Part shown: positions 40,844-53,033 of the stretch, piece by piece
Numbering within the stretch: the stretch's first letter is position 1
How the letters are laid out: each line of letters opens with the position of its first letter
Origin: Octopus sinensis
Taxonomy: Eukaryota
Direction of reading: 5' to 3'
NCBI RefSeq assembly: GCF_006345805.1
Contig: NC_043004.1
Coordinates: forward strand, 69,812,001 to 69,876,000
Length of the DNA: 64,000 nucleotides
Program-made: the position numbers and the translations under genes
The notes under the pieces: model-generated
Told to the model about the DNA's origin: nothing
Seen by the model: the letters and a program-made list of their open reading frames with translations, nothing else
Database searches by the model: none

Positions 40844-42196
40844 TAACAAAATAACAAAAATACATCATTGAAATTATATTTTTTTTTCGAAATTGTAAAA
40901 TCTGTCAACTCCATGATGGGAGTTTTGAAAAATTTTAAGAACAAAAAAATTGATGGAGAGGGGGACCCTAATCTCTTATTTTGAAACACAATCTAGGAAA
41001 TTCTTAAAGAGATGTGGAGAATGCCATGCATATACAGACATGCATCTTTTTTAATATTATTTTACTTGGACTGCGGCCATGCTGGAGCACCAACTTGAAG
41101 GGTTTAGTTGAACAAGACTTATTCTATCGGGCGCTTTTGCTTAACAAGTTAAGTTACAGGAACATAAATAAATCAACACCAGTCTCACACACACACACAC
41201 CTACAAGGGGCTTCAACACAGTTTCCGTCAACCAAGTTCATTTGCAAGACTTTGGTTGGTCCGGGGCAATGTAAGCAAACATGTCCAAGGACCGAGCAGC
41301 ATGACTAAACCTGAAAGGACATGGTTGCAAAGGGAGCTTTTTTAATTATATTTTTTCGACATAACACCACCACCCCTTCGGCTACGGGGAATACGAATCT
41401 GCAAAAAAAATTGGCAAAAAGCAGCATTTTAAAATTACACCCCACCCCCATTTCCTTCATTTTTTTTTTTACTTTTTTCCGATTTTTTTTTCAAAATATG
41501 CAGAAAAATACGGAGATAATGATTTTTGTAAAACTTTTTTTTTAAGATTTTTTTTTTATAAATATGCGGGAAAATGTGGACATAATGATTCAGATAAAAA
41601 TTTCAAGCCATTTCTTTACTTACGGTTAGGGTTAGGGTTTTAGGAAAAGCCAAATTTGAAGAATTTGGGGGGAGAAGGGGGGAATTTAACAATGCCGATT
41701 TTTGGCAAATTTTCGGAACCTCCGTATCCGAAAACGGGGGTTTGGGGCAAAAAAAAAAATTTTTTTTTTAAATAAACTAATTTCAGAGAAAAGGGTGGGG
41801 CGGGCGAAAGTCTTTCCGGGAGCTCTTCTTAACCACACACACACACCCATGCCTGCGCCCACACTGGGGTGAATCTGAGTAGCAACAATAATCTGTGCCC
41901 GATAAAAAACATTTGCACCCAACTTCTGTATTGAGTACTATTTCCTCTAATTTGTAAAGTGAAACCGTACACACGTGTAAGTATGAGCGCTGACGTCGCT
42001 TGCTGTCAACAGATGAAGGCAACGGGATTAGAAAAACATAAAGATAAATACACTTGGTTTAAGTAGGTATTTCGTGGCTTACAGGTATGAAAACCTGCCC
42101 AAACGTGCAGGAAAAGAAAATGACAGCTCGCATTATTTTCTTTGTAAACGCTCTATTAACAGTGAAACAAATAGACGAGAGACGGGGATATATATA

Positions 42197-42581
42197 TCTT
42201 TATATATAAAAGAAGTGAGGTTGTGTGAGTGTCTGTCCCCTACGATTTAGATTCCTAACTACTCCCACATTTTGCGGTGCAGCTTAACCAAAACCGGGTA
42301 TCTTATAGTCGTGATTCATATCGAGCCCTTCTGGGTATTAGCGCGCGTCTATGATGAGTCTACGATTAAAAAAAAAAAATTTACCATCATTTTTTTCCAT
42401 TTTAATGCATTTTTTTCGCTATTATATAAGGGAAGTAACTCTCTAAAAATGTCTACGATGAGTCAACGATTTTTTAAAAAATTTACCATCATTTTTATTC
42501 CATTTTTTTGCTATTACTCTCTTAAAATGCTTATATAGTTATTTCCTTTACAAACCCGAGCAACGCCGGACGATACTGCTA

Positions 42582-42582
<1 letters not shown>
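42197..42582 (+). mobile_element. Non-autonomous Helitron, copy 2 (with internal duplication)
   Basis: Same TC start, hairpin and CTAG|T end as 12680-13041. Confidence 0.85.
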
Positions 42583-42624
<42 letters not shown>

Positions 42625-42886
42625 CCAGAGAGAACGAGAGAGGGGGGGTTATAGTGCTCATTCATAGTTGTGGGTAAGCACTTTCACCCAGCACGGTGAA
42701 GCACAAACTACAAAGAGCTCGGAATGACTCAGCTTGGCTGCCCCGTGGCCTCTTTTTTCGTTTCTTTACGTTAAACTGCAGGTTCCTAATTATTTGTCTT
42801 AAAATATCATGGGTTAAAAGTCACCGTCTCTTCACGTAGTTTGTTATTTAATATGTGTGAGTGTGTGTATTATATATATATATGTG

Positions 42887-42928
<42 letters not shown>

Positions 42929-44412
42929 ATATATATGTAATATATTCAACAATATAAGGAATGGCCCCAATAGGCCATTCGACTCACTAGAAAGAGCAGC
43001 CAACTGAAACCGCTAAATAGTTGTAATTCTGAAATTGAAAGAGAAATATAAAACATTACCCCCTTTCATCTCTGGACTATGCTTTTTTTGCTACCCTTAT
43101 ATTATATATATATATATATATATACTTTATTTTAAGCAGCAGAAAATTCAACAAAATTTGTTGAATTTTCTGCTGCTTTAAATAAAGCATATTACTCTAC
43201 CACTGGTATTTGAGTACTCTTTTTTTCCACCTTGTTTCACATTTATGTGTTTACTTCGGTATATATATATATATAATGAAACACACCTATAAACGACCAC
43301 AATAGACCACAATTGTTATTATTAACTCTTCAAAATTCATTGGACATTAAATAAACTAGGAAGAAATAGAAGAAAACTCGAAAGAAACCTGACAAGCTGA
43401 AAGGTAATTAGAGAAGAAGGAAAAAGAACGTTGTAAAAAGCAAATGACAAGGGTTAGAAAGGAGAGAGACCGTCCATTTTGAAAATAAGACTCATGCAAC
43501 CAAATTGCCCCAAGCTTCTCTTACTAAAAACTCTGTGTGTCTGCCCTCTGTACCTCAACATTCGTCGGTATTAGTTCCAAGAAATGCGACTTAACTCGAA
43601 AAACGACGTAAACCGAAAAAAATGTTTATAAATTTATTAGTTTATATCTTTCTTAATAAGTGGTTTATACATATTTTCACATGTATTTTTATTAGATTTT
43701 TTTTTCCACTTAAGTATTGGTTTTTAGGTAGCTTTACAACAGATATACCGTTAAATATGTTCTCTGAGACCGACGTAAAGTCGGATAAATCGACTGAAAT
43801 TGAGAGGGGGGGTTCCAGTAAATACGTAACCCGAAACGAATTACGTTGAAGGATGCCTGTTATTTCATATACGTATACCCCCTATACGTCTGTGTTTCGA
43901 CAAAAAAAAACAAATTGAAGACACCAGAAAGAAACTACCCGTTACTGGTATTTTATAATAAGCTGTTAATGAGAGAAGGCAGAGGGAGTAAAAAAAAAGG
44001 TAATTAAAGGGAAAAGCAGGTGACTGATCCCTCACTTTATACACCTTAGGCAAAAGTTTAAAATGAGGTTAAGATATTCAATGGTGGCGTAGTGGTGGTG
44101 GTGGTGAATGTGATAGATGTGTTTAGAAGGGAAATAAATTATGTCACTGCATGCAGAATATTAATAATAATAATAATAATTAAGCGGAAGGATATGGACT
44201 AAATAGAACACTGGAAAGTCACGAGTAAATCTGGTTCAGTATCAGTGCCCGGTGTTAATTTCTTTTAACACACACACATATATATATATATACACGCAAG
44301 GAAGCTAAGTGAACAAGGCATTTATGTATTATTTTCAATTACTATTTAACAAAATCTGAATGGCTGATTTATCTATCTATCTATATATATATTAATAAAT
44401 AAATTAAACATA

Positions 44413-44449
<37 letters not shown>

Positions 44450-44454
44450 CTTTA

Positions 44455-44650
44455 CTGCTTTATTTGTTTCAGTCATTTGACTGCGGCCATGCTGGAGCAC
44501 CGCCTTTAGTCGAACAAATCGACCCCGGACTTATTCTTTGTAAGCCCAGTACTTATTCTATCGGTCGCTTTCGCCGAACCGCTAAGTGACGGTTGTCAGG
44601 CGATGTTGGGGGACACACAGACACACAAACATATACACACACATACACAA

Positions 44651-44692
<42 letters not shown>

Positions 44693-44851
44693 TACGACGA
44701 CGGGCTTCTTTCAGTTTCCGTCTACCAATCCACTCACAAGGCTTTGGTCGGCCCGAGGCTATAGTAGAAGACACTTGGCCAAGGTGCCACACGCAGTGGG
44801 ACTGAACCCGGAACCATGTGGTTTGTAAGCAACCTACTTACCACACAGCCA

Positions 44852-44888
<37 letters not shown>

Positions 44889-44947
44889 TAATATACATAG
44901 TTAATCCAAACAAGAAAACACAGAAAAAACACAGCAACGCGAGGACG

Positions 44948-44985
<38 letters not shown>

Positions 44986-45345
44986 TTAAAAAAAGGAGAT
45001 GTCGAACACGAGTGGTGAATATATAAAAAAGGAAATGAAGAAAATGCTGACAAATAATTGAAGTAATTTAAGTAATTTATTAGGTGAAAGTTCTTTTTAC
45101 CGGTTGCGCATTTGTTATGCTTATCAAAATATAAAAGAGAGATTAGAGTCTGTCTCTTATATGTGAAAAAAAGAGGCTGGAGCCTCTTTTTTTCACATAT
45201 AAGAGACAGACTCTAATCTCTCTTTTATATTTTGATAAGCATAACAAATGCGCAACCGGTAAAAAGAACTTTCACCTAATTAAATTACTTAAATTACTTC
45301 AATTATTTGTCAGCATTTTCTTCATTTCCTTTTTTAATATATATA

Positions 45346-45384
<39 letters not shown>

Positions 45385-45793
45385 CTCCTTTCTCTCCCTT
45401 ACTTGTTTCAATCATTTGACTGCGGCCATGCTGGAGCACCGCCTTTAGTCGAGCAAATCGACCCCGGGACTTATTCTTAGTACTAAGCCCAGTACTTATT
45501 CCATCGGTCTCTTTTGCCGAACCGCTAAGTAACGGGGACATAAACACACCAGCATCGGTTGTCAAGCAATGCTAGGGGGACAAACACAGACACACAAACA
45601 CACACATACATATACATATATATACATATATACGACAGGCTTCTTTCAGTTTCCGTCTACCAAATCCACTCACAAGGCTTTGGTCGGCCCGAGGCTATAG
45701 TAGAAGACACTTGGCCAAGGTGCCACGCAGTGGGACTGAACCCGGAACCATGTGGTTGGTAAGCAAGCTACTTACCACACAGCCACTCCTGTG

Positions 45794-45856
<63 letters not shown>

Positions 45857-48170
45857 CATATACACACAAACATATATACATACACAACATATATATATAT
45901 ACGCACACATTCACATTGTGTTTACAACACTGGCTACTGGTATCTGTCTGTAAGTCCGATAAAAAGCTTTATAAAATTTATTTTAAACGTTAATTCTTCA
46001 TACATGCATAGATGCAACAAAGAAATAAATATAGGCAATCTTTCGTTTTTAGTAAAAACGAAAGATTGTCAAAATGGCGAACAAATCATTGCTGTTGTAT
46101 CCTGAAGTTATTCGGGATCTTGCAATATATACCAGGCGACGCAACCAAGATTTTTCGAACCTCTATTTATGTCCATGAATGTCTGTCCTTGTTTGTCCCC
46201 TCTCTGTTTAGCCCCTTGTGGGTAGTAAAGAAATATATTTATGTCCATGAAACATTCCATTTACTGACTCACATCGGTCACTTCATTTTACGATTAGAAA
46301 TCATCGAATTTGATTCAAATATATTGTACAGGTAAAAATATAATATCATTACCATAAACCAACTTTGCATGGATCGGACGAAATGTTGAAGCTAATTTTC
46401 TACGACCAGATGCCCTTCCTATCGCCAACCCTTACCTGTTTCAAAGGGAGATAATATTTCGCCCATGGCCAGAGAATAGAAAACGAAAGACGCCGCTTGT
46501 GTAACTGATACTCGTTACCGTGTGATATCAACAGGGTCGGTTTTAAACCAGTTGGACAAACTTGTTGAAATTGGGTCCCGCCCCAAGAGAGGGCCCTATG
46601 CACATGCTCGAGCGGAGGACAATATGATGAATTTTTAGTATATTACTGTGACTAATGGCGGAGCCTCAAGCCCTCAAAGATTTTTTCTTTGACTAGGACT
46701 GACATACTACACGAAGCATAAAACATCAATCTTCTGCTTTTGTAGGTCCCACTGACAATTCTCTAATTAAGCCCCGGACTTCCTAGCGCCGACCCTGGAT
46801 ATCAGGGTAAGGAAACAGTAACACATACACACAGGGGGCTTCTTTCAGTTTCCATCAACTGAATCCACTCACATAAGATTTAGTCGACCCGGAACTATAA
46901 TAAAAGACATTCGCCCGAAGTGTCACGCAGTGAGACTGAACTCGGAACCATGTGGTTGGGAAGCAAACTTGTTACCACCCAGCCATGACGGCGCTATAAA
47001 TGCAGTCTTTAAATAATGCATATTGTGGATCTTTTGGTTGGAATTACCTCCATGCAGTTTTTCTATATCTATTACGATAATCGCAACTATTAGACCCCCT
47101 AAAGCAATACCTTTCCATGCAATGGGACAGAACCCGAAACTGTGAGGTTGGAAGCAAAATTCTTGCTACACAGCCACGTCTGCTCTTAACGGAAATATGT
47201 ATGTATAGTGATGAAACAACGCACTAGAACCAGAAGCGTGAAATCGGAGTGTTGGAGCCTCAGTCAATTATTGGGTTAGTGGAATCGGAAAAAACGTATC
47301 GACTTCGACTAAATAGGAATTGTGATATAAAATTGCGGAGTCGTAGTCAAAACGTCTGTAAACTAAGTTCCGGCCCTGCAACAATGTGTGTGTGCTAGCG
47401 TTTAGTTGTTATGGTCACTGGACTGTGGTCATGCCGGGGCACCACTGCCTCGAATGGTTAAGTCGAACAAATCGAACCCACCACCTCGTATTTATTTTAT
47501 AGGTCTCCTTTTGGTGACCTGCTAAGTTACAGGGACGTAAAGAAACCAACACCCGTTGACAAGCAGTGTTAGTGAGGAACAAACACAAAACACACACAAC
47601 GAGCTTCTTTCAGTTTCCGTCATCCAAATTCAATCACAAGGCATTGGTTGACCCGAGGCCACAATAAAAGACACTTTCCTGGGATGCCATGCAGTGGGAC
47701 TGAACTCGGAACCATGTGGTTGGGGGAGCAAACTTCTTACCACACAGCCACGTCTGCGCTATGAATACAGTATTTAAATAAAACATACTGTGAATCTTTT
47801 CAGTTCGAATTACCTCTATACTCTGCAGCCATGCTGGAGCACCACCTTTAGTCGAGCAAATCAACCCCGGGACTTATTCTTTGTAAGCCTAGTACTTATT
47901 CTATCGGTCTCTTTCGCCGAACCGCTAAGTGACGGGGACATAAACACACCAGTATCGGTTGTCAAGCAATGCTAAGGGGACAAACACAAACACAAAACAC
48001 ACAACATACACATAATTTCAGTTTCCGTCTACCAAATCCACTCACAAGGCTTTGGTTGGCCCGAGGCTATAGTAGAAGACACTTGCCCAAGATGCCACGC
48101 AGTGGGACTGAACCCGGAACCATGTGGTTGGTAAGCAAGCTACTTACTATACAGCCACTCCTGTGCCTAT
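44455..48170 (-). mobile_element. Cluster of same-orientation SINE family B copies (44455-44855, 45400-45795, 46830-46990, 47410-47760, 47815-48170). Other copies near 1130, 28640, 36470, 41060, 51010, 55850, 58560
   Basis: Recurrent GCCATGCTGGAGCACCGCC...TTTCAGTTTCCGTCTACCAAATCCACTCACAAGG...CAGTGGGACTGAACCCGGAACCATGTGG. tRNA-like head on the minus strand, internal (CA)/(TA) tract. Confidence 0.85.
45024..45336. repeat. Near-perfect 313-bp palindrome (155/156-bp arms, 2-nt loop)
   Basis: Centre GAGGCT-GG-AGCCTC at 45173-45186. One 1-nt indel between the arms. Flanked by (TA)n. Confidence 0.92.
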
Positions 48171-49729
48171 GTAGTTTTTACATACCTATTGCGAATATCA
48201 CAACTAATAATATCCACTAAAACAACACTGTTCAATGCTCTAATGAAAATACTAAAACAAATACTAAACATCACTGTAAATATTGCGTAGATAATAATAC
48301 TAAACAGTACAAGTTGCTGTAAGCAGTTGCCTAAATACTGAGCTTTATTATTGTAACTGCTGAGAGTCAAATCAATATTCAATATCACTGTAAACATTAA
48401 GGCGAAAGGATGGCAGATCATTAGCATGCCGGAGTCAGTGCTTAGCGGCATTTCGTCCGTTTTTACGTCATGAGTTAAAATTCTGCCGAGGTCGACTTTG
48501 TCTTACATCCCTTCGGGGTCGATGAAATAAGCACCAATTAAGCACTGGGGGTCGATGTGAGCGACTTAGCCCCTCCCTCAAAATTACTGAACTAGTGCAA
48601 AAATTTCAAGCCAATATTAATACTAAACAGTTGGTTAATTACTGAATTAACCTACTGTTAATTCAATAAACTAAACATTTCTGTAAAGTACGGTAGTTTA
48701 ATTCCTTTGCTTGCTTCCGTCGGTGGTCAGTGGTCATGCTGGAGCAACAACATAGGTTTTAGTCAAACTGGATCCCAGCTAATTTGCTTTGAAATCTGGT
48801 AAGTATTCTATCGATTTTCTTGCCAAACTAAGCTGTGGGGAAGTAAACAAACCAACATCTGTTGTCAGGTAGTAAAGACACGTAGGAGAAAGGCTTTCCA
48901 AATTCACTCACAGGGTATTGGATGATCTGGGGGCGCAACAGTACAAGGCACCACACGGAGAGACCTAAACTCAAAACCACGTGGTTGTGAAGTGACTTCA
49001 ATCAAAGGGCTATGTCTGCTCCTTAATATTGAACATTGCTAAGGTGGCAAGATAGCAGAATCGTTAGCACGGTAGGTGAAAACCTTAGCGGCATTTCGTC
49101 TGTCTTCACGTTTTGAGTTCAAATTCCGCCGAGGACAACTTTACCTTTCGTCCTTTCAGGATTGATAAAATAAGTACCAGTTGAGTACAGCGGTCGATGT
49201 AATCGACTTAGCCCCTATCCCGAAATTGCTGGCCTTGTACCAAAATGTGAAACCAATATTGACCATCACCATAAATTTGGGGGGAGTAAATAATACTTAA
49301 TATTACTGTAAACAATTAAATACTATTATTGTAAATACTGTTCTTTTCATGATACAAAACGTGCGCACAGGCATGGCCGGGTGGTAAGAGGTTTACGTCC
49401 CAACCACACAGTTTCAGGTTCAGCACCTTGGGTGTCTTTTACTTATAGCCCTGACCAAAGCCTTCTGAGTGGATTTGGTAGGCGGGAACTAAAATAAGTC
49501 ATATATATGTGTGTATATATATATATCAAATGGAGATTGTAGTTGTGATACCAGTGCCGGTGACACGTAAAAAGCACTCCCGGAGTGGTTGGCGTTAGGA
49601 AGGGCATCCAGGTGTAGAAACAGTCAGATCAGACTGGAGCCTGGTGCAGCCTCCTGGCTCTCCAGACCCCGGTCAAACCGTCAAACCCATGCTAGCATGG
49701 AAAACGTACGTTAAACGATGATGATGATG

Positions 49730-49762
<33 letters not shown>

Positions 49763-52364
49763 ATATGCAAATGGAGACATAATTAATAAATTATTATTTA
49801 TTAGTTAAAAATAAATATATATATAAACCATGGTTTATATAGGTACCACCTTACAACTGAATAGTAATTGTAATGTTAAACATTCTTTTTATAGGTAACT
49901 AACCAGCACCTTCATAGGAGTTTGCAATCCCTTAATATGGTTTGTAACCTTTATTTGAGCTTATATATCATCATCGTTTAACGTCCACCTTCCATGCTGG
50001 CATGGGTTGGACGGTTTGACAGAGGCCAGCCAGGCAGAAAACAACATCAGGCTTGTGTGTTTTGGCATGCTTCTTACAGCTGGATGACCTTTCTAACACC
50101 AAGCACCCCACAGAGTGGACTGATTGCTTTTTATGTGGCACCGGCTGGATACTCTTCCAAATGCCCACACACACACACAGATATACGTATGTTTGTATTT
50201 GTCTCACCATTGCTTGACATCCCTGTAACAGCAGTTTGGCAAAGATCAATAGAATCAGTACCAAACTTTAAACAAAAAATAAGTAGCCAGTGCTCTTAAC
50301 CACAACGCCATATGCCCGTGGGCTACTAACCCCAAGATTCCAAGTTCGATTCCAAGCAGTGACTTGAATAATAATAATAAATAAGTACTTCGGTTGAGTT
50401 GTTCAACTAAAAATTTTACCCCAGCATGGCAACAATTCAATGACTGAAACAAGTCTGAGATAAAGGTATGATGGTTAACAGTTGGTTTTACAGTAAATAA
50501 TACTAAATACTAAATATGACTGAAACACTGTTCTTTACATAATACTAAATTACAGTATGATGCATAAATAAATATTTAATCAATGAACATCAAAAGCTGT
50601 TAGAGAAATATTTTTAGAGATAAAAAGAAGCCAGCAGCTGTCACAAAATGTCCAATGAAACTGATTAAAAAATTTGGTTTTGTTTGAATTTTTACCAATA
50701 ACATGACTAATGTAACATTGGATTTAATATCCCACTACAAAATGCAAATTATGATCAGACTAGATGCTATAAAAATCCCTTTTAATCTACGCTAATGACA
50801 AAACTTTTATAGCCAAACTAAACAACTTATTGTATAAATTGGAGAATCATCAACGTTATTAAAACTGATTTTAATACAACAAAGTCCTTTCAAAAAACTT
50901 AATTTAAAACTAAATTTAGCTGTTTATTCTCAATTTATTGGAAATCATACATGCATCTCTCTCTCTCTCTCCTTCTCTCTGTATGTGTGTTAATATACAC
51001 ACAATTCTTTTACTTGTTTCAGTCATTTGACTGTGGCCATGCTGGAGCACTGCCTTGAGGGGGTTTTAGTTGAACAAATCAACATGACATTCTATCAGTC
51101 TCTTTTGCTGAACCACTAAGTTACAGAGACATAAGAACACCAACATTCGTTGTCAAATGGTGATGGGTGGGGGCAGACACAAAGACACACACACACACAC
51201 ATGGTGGGCTTCTTTCAGTTTCCGTCTTCCAAATCCACTCACAAGATTTTCGTCAGCCCGATCCACAGTGGAAGACACTTGCTCAAGGTGCCACACAGCA
51301 GAACTGAACCCAAAAGAGAGAGAGAGAGAGAATTTATATCTAGAAGGAACTGTAGTGTTCTTGTTCTAAAAGGATGTTAACATTTTTGAATACTCATGAA
51401 AGGACGTGCTGGTGGCACATAAAAAGCACCCACTACACTCTCAGAGTGGTTGGCATTAGGAAGGACATCCAGTTGTAGAAACCTTGCCAGATCAGATTGA
51501 AACCTTGTGCAGCCTCCTGGCTTGCCAGTCCCCAGTCAAACTGTCCAACCCATGCCAGCATGAAAAACAGACGTTAAACGATGATGATGATGATGAGGTA
51601 GATGTAAATATGATATACAGAAATAGATAAGAGGAGTCACATAAGCATGGCTATATAGTTAAGAAGTTTGCTTCCAAATGCTATGGCTTCAGGTTCAGTC
51701 CCAATGAGCAGCACCTTGAGCAAGTGACTTTTGAAATAACCATGGTTTCACCTAAGAACAGGAGTGGATTATGTAAGTGAAAAGAAGCCTGTTATACAGT
51801 TTCCATCAAATCCACTTACAAGGAATCAGTCAACCTGGAGATGCACAAGGAACTGTGGAGTGAGACAAAACCAGATACTTGCAAAGCAAACTTCTTAGCC
51901 ACACAGCTAAGACATGCACGTATATACATAAATCACAAATTATACACACACATATATCATCACCACAATTGTATGCATGCATGCATGTATGTTATATATA
52001 TATATCCAAAACTAGGGAATAGAGTAGATAAAATCCAGGTTATATATGTTTTATAGCTAGCAGAAACCTCAGAAGTAGTAAGTCCCCAAATGAGGAGTAA
52101 CCCGCTTGCTACTTGTTGGGCTAAAGAGCCCATAATCAAATCAAGTTTACATTGTCATCAAGGGATCCCATGTTAACTCACAGGAGATTCAATCCAAAAA
52201 TAAACCACCATTGTTCCTGAAAGCTGTTTTTGATGCCTTCTACAGACTGCTTAAAGCTTACTGATTTCCTACACCTTGATCCTTGGATATTACCCTTACA
52301 TACACACACACACATATATATAACAAAGTAAAGTTGTAAGATACCACATAAAGGGAAATATATA

Positions 52365-52615
52365 TGAAAGAAGGTTTGAAAATGCAATTTTAAAGATGTT
52401 TATTCACTTGACCGGTTTCACTTTTTTAGAAAAAGATTGTCAAAAGTAAAATGTAAAGCTTTGTATAAGCTTTGTTGTGTTAAGTACTGGTTGTCACAAA
52501 AGTATTAAAATACATATATACATTCTGATAATAATAAAATGTTAAAAACTGTGTACAAGAAAGTATTTAACCAAAAGTATTAGGAGTTCAATAAAAATCA
52601 TGTTTGTTTGGGTAG

Positions 52616-52649
<34 letters not shown>

Positions 52650-52999
52650 AGGAAATATATTTAAGAATTTACAAAAAATTGGAGAGGAGCTGACATATCA
52701 TTTTCGCATTTTTTCTATCTTCAAGACAGAAAAGTGCCAAAAAGACAGGTTGGCTCCTCTCCAATTTTTATTGAACTTCTAATACTTTTGGTTAAATACT
52801 TTCTTGTACACAGTTTTTAACATTTTATTATTATCAGAATATATATATCTGTATTTTAATACTTTTGTGACAACCAGTACTTAACACAACAAAGCTTATA
52901 CAAAGCTTTACATTTTACTTTTGACAATCTTTTTCTAAAAAAGTGAAACCGGTCAAGTGAATAAACATCTTTAAAATTGCATTTTCAAACTTTCTTTCA
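52365..52999. repeat. Long inverted repeat (about 235-bp arms, 52365-52598 and 52764-52999) flanked by (TA)n
   Basis: Arms are reverse complements by eye with few mismatches. The spacer contains (TA)n. Confidence 0.9.
52914..52961 (+). ncRNA. Minimal type-I hammerhead ribozyme candidate (U3-A8 variant); identical copy on the minus strand at 52403-52450
   Basis: TTTACTT-TTGACAA-T CTTTTT CTA AAAAAG T-GAAA-CCGG-TC/AAGTGAA: 7-bp helix I, 6-bp helix II, palindromic ACCGGT helix III, GUC triplet. Confidence 0.7.
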
Positions 53000-53000
53000 C

Positions 53001-53033
<33 letters not shown>

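Noticed and set aside
43560-44100. CpG-rich, unusual-looking segment (also 41340-41880)
   Set aside because: Inflated homopolymers and broken motifs suggest low-accuracy consensus sequence, and no feature can be supported.
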